DNA of 64,000 bases, from contig NC_079240.1 of assembly GCF_027921745.1 (NCBI RefSeq), positions 1,798,001 through 1,862,000 of the forward strand, written 5' to 3'. The notes under the pieces were generated by a model that saw nothing but the letters and a program-made list of their open reading frames with translations, had not been told where the DNA came from and made no database searches. This document shows positions 37,841 to 50,013 of the stretch, piece after piece; position 1 is the stretch's first letter, and each line of letters opens with the position of its first letter. The position numbers and the translations under genes were made by a program. This stretch comes from Schizosaccharomyces osmophilus. Lineage: Eukaryota.

Positions 37841-39481
37841 TTAATAGCCTTCGCCATTGGAACGAATGCAAGAATCAACCCGCTTTCGAATCTCATTTGT
37901 AATTTGGTACTGACCCGACCTCTCAAACGAAAGAGATCCATCTGAAAGTAAAGAATATAATGACCGAGATATTTTTTTGTTGTATACAGCAAACTGCTCT
38001 TTTGTAATTTTAGCATTTCTGTAGTGTGGTTTCAATGCGGCACTAACCAACCGTTCTATCCGATACTTCACCTCATAAGGTAGCCTTGTAGATTTGGTTA
38101 GCTCTCGTCGCCTGGATGGCCGAGGAGCTGTTTGCGGATCGGTAATGATTTGTGAAGTATCGTTATTCAAAATCTCACCAGGTTCTGGTTCAGCAAGTTG
38201 TAAAGGCTCATCAATGTGGTTAGAACTTGGAGACGATAATTCCGGATGTAGAGGAGGAGAAAGATTGGAAAAAAGAGGAGTTAAATGCGGTTCATTAGAA
38301 TTACTTGACGAGCTGCCATCCTGAGATCGTTTCAGAATGGATTGAACTTTCGATAAAAACTGAGAATCATTCATAGAAGACGGACGACTGATATTATCTA
38401 TTAAATTTGCAAGTACAGATGGCTTGTGCGCTTGATCATTAGTTGTCGTTTGATTAGAGGAAGAACCTGGAGCCGCAGATATTGAAACATTTCGGTTCCT
38501 GTGGACTGGTTTTTTCAGCTTCTTTGAACCATCTGCTGCTAGCGATGAATCTTGAGAGGCAGTCGAGCACTTTTCATTCGATCTTTCGCCAGTTGTAGAG
38601 CGGTCCTGACTAGTGTGCAGCACAACATCAAAATCACTCCAAGCCTTTCGTTCTGATTCACTGATTATAGGTGTCTGTACAAACGGCTGCTGCTGCTGTT
38701 GTTCATCGTTCACATCTGAAGTGGATCGTAGCCTAGTGTTTTCTATTCTTCTCCGTAGCAAGTCAGAAGCTTCATTTCGCCTAGGAATACCACTATCAAG
38801 CGTATAATAGGATAAATCAGAATTCAAATTTTCCCACGTTCGATTTCGAATGGCATTCCATGCTCTAGTCCATGCACGTTGCTGGCGTTGAGAAACCCTT
38901 GAAGCTCTGGCAGCACGACCATTTGTTCGTCGGCGACGAGAAAGCGAAATACGAGAAGCCAAAGTATTAACATTCTCATTACTTAGGAAAACACAATTAG
39001 GGCAATAAAACTCGTTTTCCGGAACTTCTTCCAAATCCAAACAGAAAGTGTGATACGCATCATCACATCCATCGCATAGAAGCAAAACGTCCTGTTGTTG
39101 TGATCCACCACAAACGACACACCGAGTCAATTCATTTGTCTCTGCATATTCAGGTGGTAACTCCGCGTTAGCTACTGCTTGTATTTTTTCCTCAACTGGG
39201 TAAGCTCGCAACCAAGGACCTCCAACATATTCGTATATATCAACTTTGAAAAACTCTATACGACAAAGAGGACAAGTATTCGCAACTTGACACCAATTTT
39301 CCAAACACTGATTGTGAAAATAATGTCGGCATGGAAGCGTAGCCACATAAACACCATTAGGAGATGCAGAAAGGGATGTAGGTACCGCGCTAACGTCCCA
39401 TTTTTCTAAAGAGCAATTAGGCAATTCCGATAAACAAATAATACATTCCTCTGAATTTTCTTGACTTTGTTCCACAGCCAT
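37841..39481 (-). CDS. asr1: RING + PHD finger E3 ligase with C-terminal Pol II CTD-binding-type domain (Asr1/PHRF1-like)
   Basis: RING CIIC..CRHYFH..C..W..CPLCR; PHD CVVC..LLLCDGCDDAYHTFCL..FYCPNC; C-terminal LKPHYRNAKITKEQF. Confidence 0.85.
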   Translation of the reverse strand: MAVEQSQENSEECIICLSELPNCSLEKWDVSAVPTSLSASPNGVYVATLPCRHYFHNQCLENWCQVANTCPLCRIEFFKVDIYEYVGGPWLRAYPVEEKIQAVANAELPPEYAETNELTRCVVCGGSQQQDVLLLCDGCDDAYHTFCLDLEEVPENEFYCPNCVFLSNENVNTLASRISLSRRRRTNGRAARASRVSQRQQRAWTRAWNAIRNRTWENLNSDLSYYTLDSGIPRRNEASDLLRRRIENTRLRSTSDVNDEQQQQQPFVQTPIISESERKAWSDFDVVLHTSQDRSTTGERSNEKCSTASQDSSLAADGSKKLKKPVHRNRNVSISAAPGSSSNQTTTNDQAHKPSVLANLIDNISRPSSMNDSQFLSKVQSILKRSQDGSSSSNSNEPHLTPLFSNLSPPLHPELSSPSSNHIDEPLQLAEPEPGEILNNDTSQIITDPQTAPRPSRRRELTKSTRLPYEVKYRIERLVSAALKPHYRNAKITKEQFAVYNKKISRSLYSLLSDGSLSFERSGQYQITNEIRKRVDSCIRSNGEGY

Positions 39482-39943
39482 TTATATTATGGGCCTAATT
39501 CTTATTATGTGGGTTATGTGGGGGTCTAATGAGTAACTAGCGGGTTGATGGTGAAAGGAAAGATACATCAGTGACAATTGTTGCAGCCCTTCAGCTTATA
39601 ACGATAACGACCGATACTGAGCAAATACTTACGAAATCCTTAAAACAAAGAGCTGTTCCTCTGTTGATTTAATGAATCAGAACAAAAGAAAACAAGAGTT
39701 AAAGGCGGTATGAATGATGAACTTCATGTACAATCGACTAGTTTAGAGCTCCATTCACGAAACATCAGCCTCTCGCGGTATACAACCACCGAAACCACTA
39801 GTGCCGGTTTCCTAACACAAAAGGATTATGGAACCGAAGAAAAGACAGAAGGAAGGAAGAAAAGAATAAGTAAAGAACATAAGATGAAACAGACCCTATG
39901 GTTTAGCGTCTGTCTGTTTAGGACAGAAGTTTAGGGAAAATCT

Positions 39944-40876
39944 TTAAAGAACAGGAGAACGACGGATTCTTTCCTGTTTTTGTTGGTATGAACGTAAGGA
40001 AAAGACGGAAAAGACGACAATCAAGGTAACAAGGACGAAGATGAAGCGGCGCTTCCAAGGACTATGCTTAGTAGTAGGTCCCTTCAAATCTTCTTGAGGA
40101 ATTTCCGGAGTGAACTCGTCATTGATGTCAATGATAGTTCTGCTACTAATGCTATGAATTTCATGGTTTTCGCTTAATTCACCGGTAATAGCAGAAAACG
40201 TAAGGAAAGCAGTTGCGGGCATATCAACTTCATTCAATTCAAAGCACTTGATAAAATCGGAGCTAGCGTCATATGCTAATTCCAAACGAAGAACCTTATT
40301 CTTCTTGTCAAACTTCAATTTGCCCAAGGTGTAATCACTGCTATGCAAGTGTAAAGCACTGCATCCACCGATTTCGTTGGCCTTTCCATCTTGATCAGCA
40401 TCATAAGAGGTCTTTCCATCTCCCTTCATGACAACAACACGAGGGAAAATTGTTCCCGGTCGATTATTGTTGTAGGTATCAAAGAAAATGCCGTAACCAT
40501 TGAACTTATCAGTAAACCCAAAAACAGGGCCTGACTTGGCACGTTCTTCGGTCAAAAATAATCCCATGCCATCGCCAAAGAGGTTCCTGGACTCACTCGA
40601 GATGCGGAATTGAAACAATACCTCAAAGCTGGAGGTAGGGGTAGGTAATCGGGTCGAAAGCCATCCACTTTGATGTTGCAAGTCTTGGGTCAAAAAAATA
40701 CCGTTCTTTTTATCGACAATAGTGCTTCCACCATATTCCCACCACAGACTTCTCATTCCGTGATTAATGTAGGGTGGCTTGAGGGACAGTCTTTCTAACT
40801 CATTTGACTGAGCAAAAACTCCAAGTGCAAGCGCAAAGAAGCAAATGATTCGAAAAATCATCGTAGAAAAAATCAT
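39944..40876 (-). CDS. L-type lectin cargo receptor (VIP36/ERGIC-53 family)
   Basis: Signal peptide, FGDGMGLFLT, GPVFG..FNGYGIFFDTYNN, FSAITGELSENHEI, single C-terminal TM. Confidence 0.9.
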   Translation of the reverse strand: MIFSTMIFRIICFFALALGVFAQSNELERLSLKPPYINHGMRSLWWEYGGSTIVDKKNGIFLTQDLQHQSGWLSTRLPTPTSSFEVLFQFRISSESRNLFGDGMGLFLTEERAKSGPVFGFTDKFNGYGIFFDTYNNNRPGTIFPRVVVMKGDGKTSYDADQDGKANEIGGCSALHLHSSDYTLGKLKFDKKNKVLRLELAYDASSDFIKCFELNEVDMPATAFLTFSAITGELSENHEIHSISSRTIIDINDEFTPEIPQEDLKGPTTKHSPWKRRFIFVLVTLIVVFSVFSLRSYQQKQERIRRSPVL

Positions 40877-41533
40877 GTTTACGGTCTCAAAGGAAAAAAC
40901 CTTGTCTTACCTCCCCGCTGTTGTTTGTTGTTAGCAGAACTGGCGTGGTTAAACAATAGGACGTCTTTTACGGTCACTTGTTACTTCTTTATATAAATAG
41001 TAAAACCAAGGGAAACGAAAAGCAAAAACAAAAAGCAGGTCGATTCACTACAACTAATTTAGACTTTCATTATTTAACATGTATACTTTTGAAATATTTG
41101 ATGAAAAAGAGGACTCCTCGAAAGTACATACGACCTGAGGCACGTTTCATTCCATGCGGTAACTACATTTTTTTAAAATAGTGAATATAAAATGAAGGCC
41201 GAAAACCAAAAATTAAGACAAAGTACAAAACCCTGCATCTGCAGGATGAGTTGCAACTACGCGTCCTAAACATAGTGTTCTATCATTCCAAGTGGCTGTA
41301 AGATTGTTGTTTTTATTTATTCGTTTACGAAACAGAAGCCTTTACTTTTATTAATTTAGTTTAAAGACGAGCTTTTGGTTGGAAAAGCTCGCTTGTTATA
41401 GTGACTACATGGATGGATGTACCGTTTCTGATGGAAGTGGATTTCTTTAGAACTAGCTTTTTTTTTTTGAAAGAAACTATATGAAAACTAAGCATTCATG
41501 AACTTCCTGCTTCAAAAATGCACATAAATAGCA

Positions 41534-41544
41534 TGTTTGTTTAC
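41534..41544 (-). promoter_or_regulatory. Full FLEX-type forkhead site GTAAACAAACA upstream of zip2
   Basis: Plus strand TGTTTGTTTAC, about 90 bp before the zip2 ATG. Confidence 0.45.
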
Positions 41545-41632
41545 TAAAGTATCATACTGCATTGTAACGCGAGCATAGCCTGAAATTGTATATCAAGGCC
41601 TATGAAGTAAAATCATTCTATTTACCGTGCAC

Positions 41633-43077
41633 ATGGATAATTCAAAAGGCTGGTAAGTTTTATTTGTTTTCCTTAGTTATTTGATATTGGAATTGTATCG
41701 TTGATTTTCTGCGGCTTTGAATTGCCTTTGCTCTGGATTTTAGGATGTTGTTTTGTCATTCAGATATAGCTAGCCTTTGCTTGACTTCGAATTGTTTATA
41801 CTGCTATCACTTCCATATATTTGTTTTCCTTTCAGATTCAACATTGGCGGCGCTTGCGCGATTACAATACCAACTCTATAACAATTTTTCTCCCGTGTTT
41901 TCAACTTCAATATCCCTATTTTGAATATTATCGTTTTGAGGACCATGGCTAACATTACGATAGGATTCTGAGTTTAATTACTAATTGCTTTTGCATCCTT
42001 GGCGCTAGCGGAGTTTGGATCGATGTTGTCGCAAACAAATTACTCGGTCGTCCAGCGATCGACCTGGTGAACAGTGAGCGCTCCTTGGTAACGGCACTTG
42101 CTACCAGTGCTGGAATATTATTGTTCAGCTCTTGGTCAAGTGTTATGGAAGAATCGTTGCATTTTTTCTTAGACGTTCCTATGATTGACATGTTCCTAGC
42201 CAGAATCTTCCAGCTTACTTCTTTTTTCTTTGGAAGTATCTTTTTTTACATATTTACTCACTTTCTCCACAAATGGCTCCATAAAACCAACGAATTGAAT
42301 GCAGGACATGAAGACTTTGGAAATTCTACTGCTCGGGGCTCCCCTCGGTCGTTATCTTCATCAACACACTCAGGATCAGCATCTCTTCAACTCTCTTCTT
42401 CTGTCCAAGGAAGTCACTGCCCTAGTGAAGCCCATCTTCATGAGAGATCCATGCTGTTAGCAGATGAAGGTGGCCCTGAAAACAACATTCCTCTTGCAAG
42501 AGAAAGTAATCCAAAGACACCTACGTGTGAATGCGAATGTCATAATCACGATGATGTGATGAACACCGTGTTTGGGTCCGAGGAGGACGAGCATATTCAT
42601 TCCGTTTATACGATGGGCATTCAAACCGCCTTTCTTATATGTCTTCATAAAATTCCTGAGGGATTTATCACTTATTTGGCTTCCACTGTTGATACCGGGT
42701 TCATGGTGTTTGTTGCTATGACTATCCACAATATGGTAGAAGGATTTACAGTTGCTTACCCTCTTTATCTTGCTTGGAAATCCCGTAAAAAGGCCTTTTT
42801 GACAGCAGCGGCTATAAGCAGCTTGAGTCTTCCATCGGGTGCATTCATCGCTTTTCTTTTGGTTCGTATTGGAGCTTCTGGATCGTTTGACTTGCTAAAT
42901 TTGGTTTATGGATTCATCTTTGCTAGTACTGCAGGAATGATGTTAATATTGTCCCTTCGTGTCATTTTCCCAGAGGCTTTACGACATGATCACTCTCAAA
43001 ACAAGAGACATTCCGTTTTGTGTTTTATTCTTGGAATTTTGGGTACGCTATGTTTGGAAGTGTTCCACGAAAGCTAA
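41633..43077 (+). CDS. zip2: ZIP-family zinc transporter (vacuolar Zrt3-like)
   Basis: Exon 1 MDNSKG(W), 311-nt intron 41653-41963 (GTAAGT..CTAAC..TAG) in frame with the 336-aa ORF. LHKIPEG and IHNMVEG metal sites. Confidence 0.9.
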
Positions 43078-43867
43078 AATTCTCTTTCAACTTGTCAAGA
43101 ACCGTTATCGTTCTGTTTTCCTATTCGTAATTGGAATCGTGCACTCCTTTGTATAGCTTACGCTATATTGTGTATCTTTTATATATGCTATCATGGCTGG
43201 CTTGATGGATATGGTTTCTAGTCTTCTGGATTCTCTGTTCTTTCAGGTTACACAGCAAACAATCATATTTATCCATTTACTTGATGAACTGAACTCAAAG
43301 CCTTTTCACTTTGGGACTCTCCTTCGTTGACTATCGGGGTTCTTTTGCCAAATTATTGTGGTTTTACAGTTCAAATTATAACATTTATTTATAAACTGGT
43401 GACCTTTTATTCTTCTTTGTTCTACCCATTCCTTTTCTTTTTTTTTTATAGTTAACAACTTTGTGTGCTATGATAATCTATTCTTGTATATTAATACTCC
43501 GCTACGGTCAATCCGAAAAATCCTCTTCATAGATTTTCTAGTCAACTCGGCTCTTATGCGCTTTTTTATTAACAATGTAGCAATTTTAAATTTATAGTGC
43601 ACCTTGCGAGCTTATAAATAATTGTAGAAAAGAAAAAGCGATTCTGTATGCCTGCTTTTCGTGTTCCAAGAGACAGTCCATCAATATTATTTCTGCAAAC
43701 TTCAGGTATCTTCGGAGGAAATCTTGTTTTAATTTCTTTTTTCTATTTATATGTTTGGTCTTAAAGAGTCGCAAGATACATCCTTGATGAATTCGTCAAT
43801 TGCTTGTATGCACCTGAATATCTTCATAAAACCGTGAGTTTAGGTCCAACCCTTATTTTGGCTTTTC

Positions 43868-44542
43868 ATGTCCTCTATTCAAGTGTCATCCATTCCTTCT
43901 GTTGATTTTTTTGAAAAATTGGTCATTTTAGGTGATTCCATTACACAGTATGGATTTACACACGGAGGAATTTGCGCAGAGTTGGCGAATTTCTACCAGA
44001 GACGACTTATCGTCGAAGCATGGGGATTATCAGGATACACCTCTAGAAATTTTCTAAGATTCTTCTCAAAGCTCCCAATTGACATCGACCACACTCGAAT
44101 CGTCGTAATCTATTTGGGTACCAATGATAGTCAAATTGTGAATGGAAAATGTATTTGTCCAATTGAGGAATACAAGGAGAATATTAAAGAACTAGCAAGG
44201 AAGTTTCCAAAAACCTCAAAGAAGATATTTGTTTCACCGGCAGCAACTCTAAAAACGCTTCGCTATGAGCGAGATCAAAAACCATATGAGGACGCTACAT
44301 GTGAAGCAGCTGTGGAAATGAATCTTGAATTGGGAAATACTACTTGGATTAATTTGTACAGTATTACAAACTTCAGCCTAGTTCCTGAGCTTTTGTTCAA
44401 CGATGGCGTCCATCTCTCAGCCATGGGATACAATGTTCTTTTCCAACAAATTATTTCTCGAATTAAACTTTTTTGGCCAGAGCTCTTACCAAAAAATCTT
44501 CCTATGCAACTACCCCACTATAGTGAAATTATGTTCTCCTAA
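43868..44542 (+). CDS. iah1: SGNH/GDSL esterase Iah1
   Basis: LGDSITQ, GLSGYTSR, LGTND and DGVH catalytic blocks. Confidence 0.9.
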   Translation: MSSIQVSSIPSVDFFEKLVILGDSITQYGFTHGGICAELANFYQRRLIVEAWGLSGYTSRNFLRFFSKLPIDIDHTRIVVIYLGTNDSQIVNGKCICPIEEYKENIKELARKFPKTSKKIFVSPAATLKTLRYERDQKPYEDATCEAAVEMNLELGNTTWINLYSITNFSLVPELLFNDGVHLSAMGYNVLFQQIISRIKLFWPELLPKNLPMQLPHYSEIMFS

Positions 44543-44934
44543 ATTTCCACAAACATAAGGTACGCCATACTTGTTTTGATGATAACTAGGCATTTGTCTT
44601 TTTTTAAAAAAAAAATGAAAAAATTACTCTAAGAATCGTATGTATACGGAATGTGATGGACAATTTGAGATTGGGTCTTACGTTTAGAGAAACAGTAGTA
44701 CACATTGCCAGTATATAAGAAAGGGAGAAAAAAAAAAGAGATTTGGAAACAAAATCCGACAAAACTCCTTAACGAATAACGACATCAATGACACCAACGA
44801 TCGTGAAGAAGGACGAGCGTTCAATTCATGGACTGGCGTATAGAAAAATGAAGTTCGACGAAAAGAAGCATTCTGGTAGAATGAGACATGAGAGAGTGAG
44901 GAAATCATCTTGAAGAATAATGAAATCTCTAGTT

Positions 44935-45675
44935 TTATTTTTTTCCTTTTTTAGGCTTATTCTTTTTTATATAACAAGATAACTTGCGACCTAAACAATC
45001 AGCGTTAGCATCGTACAAAATATATTAGTAGAAAAGTAATTCGAGTCTCCATACCATCTGCTGTAATACCATCAAGTTGCTGTGTCACCTTCTGGGCAGT
45101 CGCGAATGTAGTAAATCGAACGGTAGCCTTAACCTTGCCCTGCGTATCGAAGACCTGGCATTGAGCAATTTCGCCGAATTTTTGAAGAGTTGCAGAGACA
45201 TCTTCTGAAGAGGTTCCTGGAGCCAAGTTTTCAATTGCAATAGTGGTAGGTCCTGCCGTACCCCGAATAGAAATCGAACCATTGGCAAGAGCTGGAGGGG
45301 CTGCTATAGGTGCTTGAACACGATTCAATAGTTTCTTTTGGGATGCTTGAGGACTAGCACCTGCTGCTTGTTTTCCAGCGCTGTTTAGCCTTTGAAAGAG
45401 CTCATTATTTTTTAATTCTTTCGCGACACGCTTGCTGAAGGCAGCTTTACTTTCAGTTGTTCCAGGATCCTATGAATAAATGATTAATAACCCATTTTCA
45501 CTTTTATTCAGATGTACTTACGACCTTTTTGTCATTCTTCTTGCCGACACGTCCACTGACCGTGTGTTTCCCTAAAGAAAGAGCAGCTTTTGGCGCAGTG
45601 TTAATAAAATCTTTCAAGATGATTCTCAAAAGGCTTACCCTCAGAAGTAGTTCTAGATTTTCCTTTCTTTGCCAT
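44935..45675 (-). CDS. RRM-type RNA-binding protein (SPCC126.11c-like)
   Basis: Four-exon model MAKKGKSR..; ISIRGTAGPTTIAIENLAPGTSSEDV..LDGITADGRKLSC. Confidence 0.78.
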
Positions 45676-46089
45676 CCTGACCACGTAAATTGTTTAAGGA
45701 CGCGTAGTAGGTATTTCGCAGATGTTACTCTTCTACAGTAGGTAGCAGTTAAAGGAAGGGTACTACTGCGTGCGAAATCAACAGGAACGTCCAAAATGAT
45801 TTTTTCATACCAAGAGAGAGGTACAATAATTATTTATTTGAATGCATTTGTTTTTCACTATTTGTATACCACAATTGGAATGAATGAATTTCAACACACT
45901 CTACCTTGTTTACTAACATACCGTGAAGAAGCACGTTGCATTCGTGTTTGCTTCATAATCCGTATACCGCAAGGACATGCAGTTCCCTATATGGATGTAA
46001 ACAGAAAATCACTGAACAATAGTTTCAACAATTTCCAATCTCAAAACCGACGATTTGGAAGTATCAACAGGAAAACAGTGAATAGGAGA

Positions 46090-47082
46090 ATGTCGAAACA
46101 AACTTGTGTTGCTACCAAACTCAAGCAAGTGGTTGAATCACTTTACAATCCCAAGTTGGCTGATTCTTGGGATAATACTGGTTTGCTATTGCAAGCACCG
46201 TTTTCCAGGGCAGGCGCCAAGTCTGTATTACTGACGATCGATTTGACGGAAAAGGTTGCAGATGAAGCCATTTCCAATAAACTCGTTTCCTCCATCATAA
46301 CCTATCGTATGTACCAGTATCCCTCGTAGATATATAATTGACTCACCCTTCAACTTGCTGTGTAGACCCCATTATCTTCCGTGGATTGAAAGCTATTACG
46401 ATGGAAGATTCGCAACAAAGGAGCCTGCTGCGTTTAGCTGCTGAGGGCATTCATGTTTACTCCCCTCATACGTGCGTCGATGCTGCTGCTGAAGGCGTTA
46501 ACGATTGGCTAGCCTGGGGAATTGCCGGTGGAAAATACCAACTAAAATCTTCAAAACCAATTCAGCAGAATGCTCCCATGTCTGAAGCTGAAGGATATGG
46601 TCGTCTTTGTGAATTTTCCCAACCGGCGAGCCTGCGCGAAGTTATTGAGCGAGCAAAGAAACTTACCGGTCTTCCTTATGGTATGTGCCTTGTTAGGAAA
46701 TATGTAGGATTTGTTTTAACCATTCTTTTCTTAGTCCAAGTGGCCGCTCCAAAGGGCCTTGATGCTTCAATCTCAAGCGTTTCCGTCTGTGCCGGATCTG
46801 GTGGTAGTGTACTCGCTGGTACAGAAGCCGATTTATACTTTACGGGAGAACTGTCTCACCATCAGATTCTTGCCCTCATTGCTAAAGGGGTGTCTGTTAT
46901 TTTGTGTACGTCGCTCAGCTTATTCCATCCCACTAACCAATTTAGGCGGCCATTCCAATACTGAGCGTGGATATCTCAAGGACGTCATGGCCGAAAAGCT
47001 TGCTAAAGCTTTTCGCGAATCCGATGTTGATGCAGAAATATTAATCTCTGCCGAAGACAGAGACCCTCTTACAGTAATGTAG
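46090..47082 (+). CDS. nif3: NIF3 / DUF34 family protein
   Basis: LADSWDNTGLL, YHPIIFR after splicing, YSPHTCVD, CAGSGG, TGELSHH, GHSNTERGYL; three introns. Confidence 0.9.
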
Positions 47083-47373
47083 GTACTTTTTTGTACCAAA
47101 TAAATATTTAGATGACTTTTTTGATGATTAGAGAGGAAGAGTTTTAAATGAGAATGCTTTTATGCAAGCTCATCAATTTGGTGGTCTTGTATGTGCGTAG
47201 TTTAACATACAAGTAGGAATGATATTGGTTTGCATTCGACAGCAATCTAGGCATACATTGTCTCCACGTAGTGGCTAGCCTTTGAGCTTGTGGGTTTGCT
47301 AATTTTATATATTCATAAAACCTGCTTTCTGCCTTCAAATGCAAGGTTCAAAAACTCAAAAAGTAGAATGTTT

Positions 47374-47444
47374 CTCTCCCTCCGGGATTCGAACCCGGGC
47401 TGCCAGCGTGACAGGCTGGTGTACTACCCCTATACTAAGGAAGA
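47374..47444 (-). tRNA. tRNA-Asp (GTC)
   Basis: Reverse complement TCTTCCTTAGTATAGGGGTAGTACACCAGCCTGTCACGCTGGCAGCCCGGGTTCGAATCCCGGAGGGAGAG; all stems pair. Confidence 0.96.
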
Positions 47445-47960
47445 TCTCTTAAAAGTTGTTTTTTAATATATTAAATAAACAACCTTCAAAGGTTGCCGAA
47501 CTAACGAGAGCAAATTTTGTCGAAACAGTTTAAGCTTTTTTCAAGTTTGATTCTTACATGCTGCTGACAAAAATCAAGGGAAGTGTTTAGATGTGTGTCG
47601 TCTGTGAGCTCTGCTACGGCTTGGCTTGTTTAGTAGTATATGATAAAAGGCGCATCAGATGAACTGTAAGAAGAATTTGCTACACGAGGTGCCTATAAAT
47701 AAGCAATCGTATCATGTTTAACGTAGATTTAATCATAGCAAGAGATAAAGTTCGAATTCCCAACCAAGCGTTCATTAACCGTTCTATCCTACCTTTTTAT
47801 AAGTCGCGTCCTTGGCATACTTACTCATCATAAGATATTTTCCCATCCACATTTTATTTCCTTTTAATATTACATGAATCATTAGATAAGAAAGGATCAG
47901 TCGGTCACTGAAAAGACTTGTGTTTTATGCTTTTTCTCCAAGTAGGATTGCTTTTTCAAA

Positions 47961-48563
47961 TCATTTTCGGAGACGTATTTTGTTTGGCTTGATACAAACA
48001 TCAACACGATCTCCACATTTCATTCCAGTCACCTTCAGCAGCTTGCTTCCTTGAAATAGCTTTGGATTGTGCAAACATACTGTTCCCATCTCTCTTGAGG
48101 AGGGTCTTCCTTTAATTTGGTCATGGAAAACGAAGCGAAACTGAAGCATCCACTCTGGATGTTTAGTATCATCTTGCTGAAACAACGTTTTTTCAGCGAT
48201 GAAAACCGCCAGCTCGTATAAACTCATATTTATCCTAAACACGGTTAGTAGTGTTCTCTATGCTAAATACCTGTATATGAATTCTTTTCATTGTTATCAT
48301 AAATTCTGAAGAAAGTGTACTAAATTGTCTATTCCTTTAGCATTCCAACTATAGCTTCGATGCATTGATATCAATGAAAAGTTTCACAACATTGCTTACC
48401 ATCCATAAATTTCAATTGAGGGTACGACATCTTCTAATACATCTAAAATGTGATTTCTAGTATGAAATTGATGATAGACCTGAATGAGGAAGGGACAAGG
48501 GCCAACGGCAGGATCACTTTCACTTGAAACCGGCGATTGAGACCGACTCGAAGTAAAATTCAT
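47961..48563 (-). CDS. sap18: Sap18 (Sin3-associated / ASAP complex) ubiquitin-like protein
   Basis: Exon 1 48400-48563 (MNFTSS..CPFLIQVY..IEIYGW), intron 48235-48399 (GTAAGC..CTAAC..TAG), exon 2 MSLYELA..LQFRFVF..GDRVDVCI. Confidence 0.85.
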
Positions 48564-48576
48564 TAGATTGGTGGAA

Positions 48577-49680
48577 ATGGACTTTTTAAAGGAAGAAATT
48601 GAAAAAAAACGCCGGCAATTAGAAGGTAAGAATGATATTCCAGCAAAAAAAGCGTTTCGACGAGGAGATTGGGAGAAGGAGAGAGAAAGGAAATATTTGG
48701 AAGATCAACGAGAAACGGAACTGAAGAAGCAAGAGAAGAAACGAAAATTAGATGAAGAGAGGGAATCCTACGAAAAAGAAAGACGTCACCCTGTCTCGAA
48801 AATATCAAAAGTAGATGAAATGTCGAATTCTTCTTCTCCAATTGCAACGAGTAAAGCAGCGAGTCCAGGTGTAAGTGATTCCCAAAATGCTACAAAATCA
48901 TCGTCTCCTTCTACCAAAAGTGAGCATCCAGAACTCCCGCTTTCAGAAGTCGTTCGCAAGCTTCGAGAACTGAAGGAGCCCATAAAATTATTCGGCGAAT
49001 CTGAAGAAGCACTATTGAAACGATTCTTCATTATTGAAAAAGAAAAAGAAATTGAGCAGTTGGAGAAAGAGCTTTTGAGTAGAGGTGTTGAACTCATTGA
49101 TTATCAGCAAGCTACTCATGAAAAGCCACGGATTTCGAAACAAGTTGTTACTTTCCTACGACGTGGAATATTCGTGTGGGACAAAATATTAACATCAAAA
49201 CCCACTTCTGAGCTGAATAGTCCCGAAGCACAAGGTCAATTGAAGATTTTCCGACAAGCTAAACAAGACCTAGAGACCCTTATACGATTACTCATTGACG
49301 GCACACTAAATGACAATATAGTATCCAAAATTGCTGAAATATGTTACCTGTGCCAGCGTAAAGAGTTTGTGAAAGCAAACGACGTCTATTTGCAACTTAC
49401 TATTGGAAATGCGCCATGGCCCATAGGTGTCACTATGGTAGGTATTCACGAGCGTAGTGCTCATCAAAGGCTACAACGGGATCCAAATACAAGCATTTTG
49501 AAAGACGAGAAGAAAAGAAAGGTAAGTCATTATATATACGATAGGTGAAGCATTTCTATGTTTTCATTGGGAGACTGACTAGTATATTAACAAGTATAGT
49601 GTTTACAAGCCTTAAAACGTTTTATAACTTTTTCAGAAAGAGAGGATCCAGATTGGTTTTCAGAGAAGGATTTTAACTAA
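48577..49680 (+). CDS. prp18: Second-step splicing factor Prp18
   Basis: MDFLKEEIEKKRR, LRELKEPIKLFGES, YLQLTIGNAPWPIGVTMVGIHERSA; intron 49522-49599. Confidence 0.95.
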
Positions 49681-50013
49681 AGTATTAACGTAAATGGAGG
49701 GAAAACCCGAGTGATATATATATGGAAGAGGTTTATCTTTAATGATTCAAGGTTGTTTTGAATGTTATCAAAATGCTATATTTGTTCTAATCTTGCATGA
49801 CCTCGTATATGCTTGCACTGACGACGAAATTAAAGTATTCACCTCTACTTCCATTATTCAAGTATTGTAAAAAGAGTATACATTGTAAATTTCTCATAAC
49901 GCTTGAAAAATAATTGTCCATAGTCTTCATTCGCTTCATACTAAATACCGAAATTTGGTACATGATAAAACTCGTAGCTTAAGAACAAAGCATCATATAT
50001 TTTTTTGAATTTC

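Noticed and set aside
41368..41391. 9-bp hairpin CGAGCTTTT-N6-AAAAGCTCG
   Set aside because: A few such stems are expected by chance in 64 kb, and it has no supporting context.
43413..43422. Ste11 TR-box-like TTCTTTGTTC (others near 16283 and 27654)
   Set aside because: Single AT-rich matches far from genes, with no link to mating.
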